Shown piece after piece: positions 15,376-15,782 of a stretch of 15,782 bases of DNA; positions within the stretch are counted from its first letter, which is position 1; every line of letters starts with the position of its first letter. The stretch spans positions 1 through 15,782 of the forward strand of contig LKMP01000016.1 in the NCBI GenBank assembly GCA_001563915.1. The letters run 5' to 3'. The stretch is from Nanohaloarchaea archaeon B1-Br10_U2g21 (lineage in GTDB: Archaea; Nanohalarchaeota; Nanosalinia; Nanosalinales; Nanosalinaceae). Below the pieces are notes generated by a model that had not been told where the DNA came from, did no database searches, and saw only the letters and a program-made list of their open reading frames with translations. A program made the position numbers and the translations under genes.

Positions 15376-15782
15376 ATGAGCCTTGAAGTCAAAGACCTTA
15401 AAGTATCCGTTGAAGATGAAGAAATCGTTAAAGGAGTTAGCCTAAAGGTAAATACTGGCGAAATACACGCGATAATGGGGCCCAATGGCTCTGGAAAATC
15501 TACGTTCTGCAAGGCATTAATGGGCAACCCGGAATACAAAATTGAATCAGGGAGAATAATGCTTGATGGAAAAGAAATAACTGATGAAGAAACAGATGAA
15601 AGAGCACGAAAAGGCCTTTTCCTTGGTTTTCAATACCCAGCAGAAATATCTGGAATCTCAGTCGCAGAATTTTTAAGAGAAGCGTTAAATGCGAAGAGAG
15701 AAGAGCAAGGAGAGGATCCAGTGAAGACTTCGGAATTCAGAGAAATTGTAGAAAACGCGCTTGAGATGTTAGAAATGGATGA
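15376..15782 (+). CDS. sufC: Fe-S cluster assembly ATPase SufC (5' part, runs off the window; not in the ORF track)
   Basis: MSLEVKDLKVSVEDEEIVKGVSLKVNTGEIHAIMGPNGSGKST (Walker A) followed by DERARKGLFLGFQYPAEISG (SufC Q-loop region). Confidence 0.95.
   Translation, partial: MSLEVKDLKVSVEDEEIVKGVSLKVNTGEIHAIMGPNGSGKSTFCKALMGNPEYKIESGRIMLDGKEITDEETDERARKGLFLGFQYPAEISGISVAEFLREALNAKREEQGEDPVKTSEFREIVENALEMLEMD

Noticed and set aside
1-15782. tRNA, rRNA, CRISPR array, IS element or prophage
   Set aside because: No cloverleaf, regularly spaced direct repeats, transposase/integrase or terminal inverted repeats were seen, and intergenic gaps are all under 200 nt.

Overview
An AT-rich archaeal chromosomal segment with acidic, Asp/Glu-rich proteins and mostly leaderless genes (TATA-like boxes about 23-32 nt upstream of the ATG). 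This fits a halophilic DPANN archaeon such as Nanohaloarchaeota, which is an inference. It carries two divergent metallo-beta-lactamase-fold hydrolases, valS, the archaeal release factor aRF1, and a full but scattered SUF Fe-S assembly set (sufB, sufD, sufS-sufU, and sufC truncated at the window edge). Interspersed among these are an Lrp/AsnC regulator, an alkaline-phosphatase-superfamily enzyme, a Zn-ribbon Nudix hydrolase and several hypothetical genes. The standout feature is a 500-aa intein (nt 4794-6293) with an XRE-type HTH and a two-motif LAGLIDADG endonuclease, inserted immediately after the catalytic GGQ glutamine of aRF1. Also notable are an uncalled 20-codon, Val-containing uORF with mutually exclusive hairpins in front of valS, and an estimated ~10-fold excess of the palindrome AGGCCT, which is absent from the intein.
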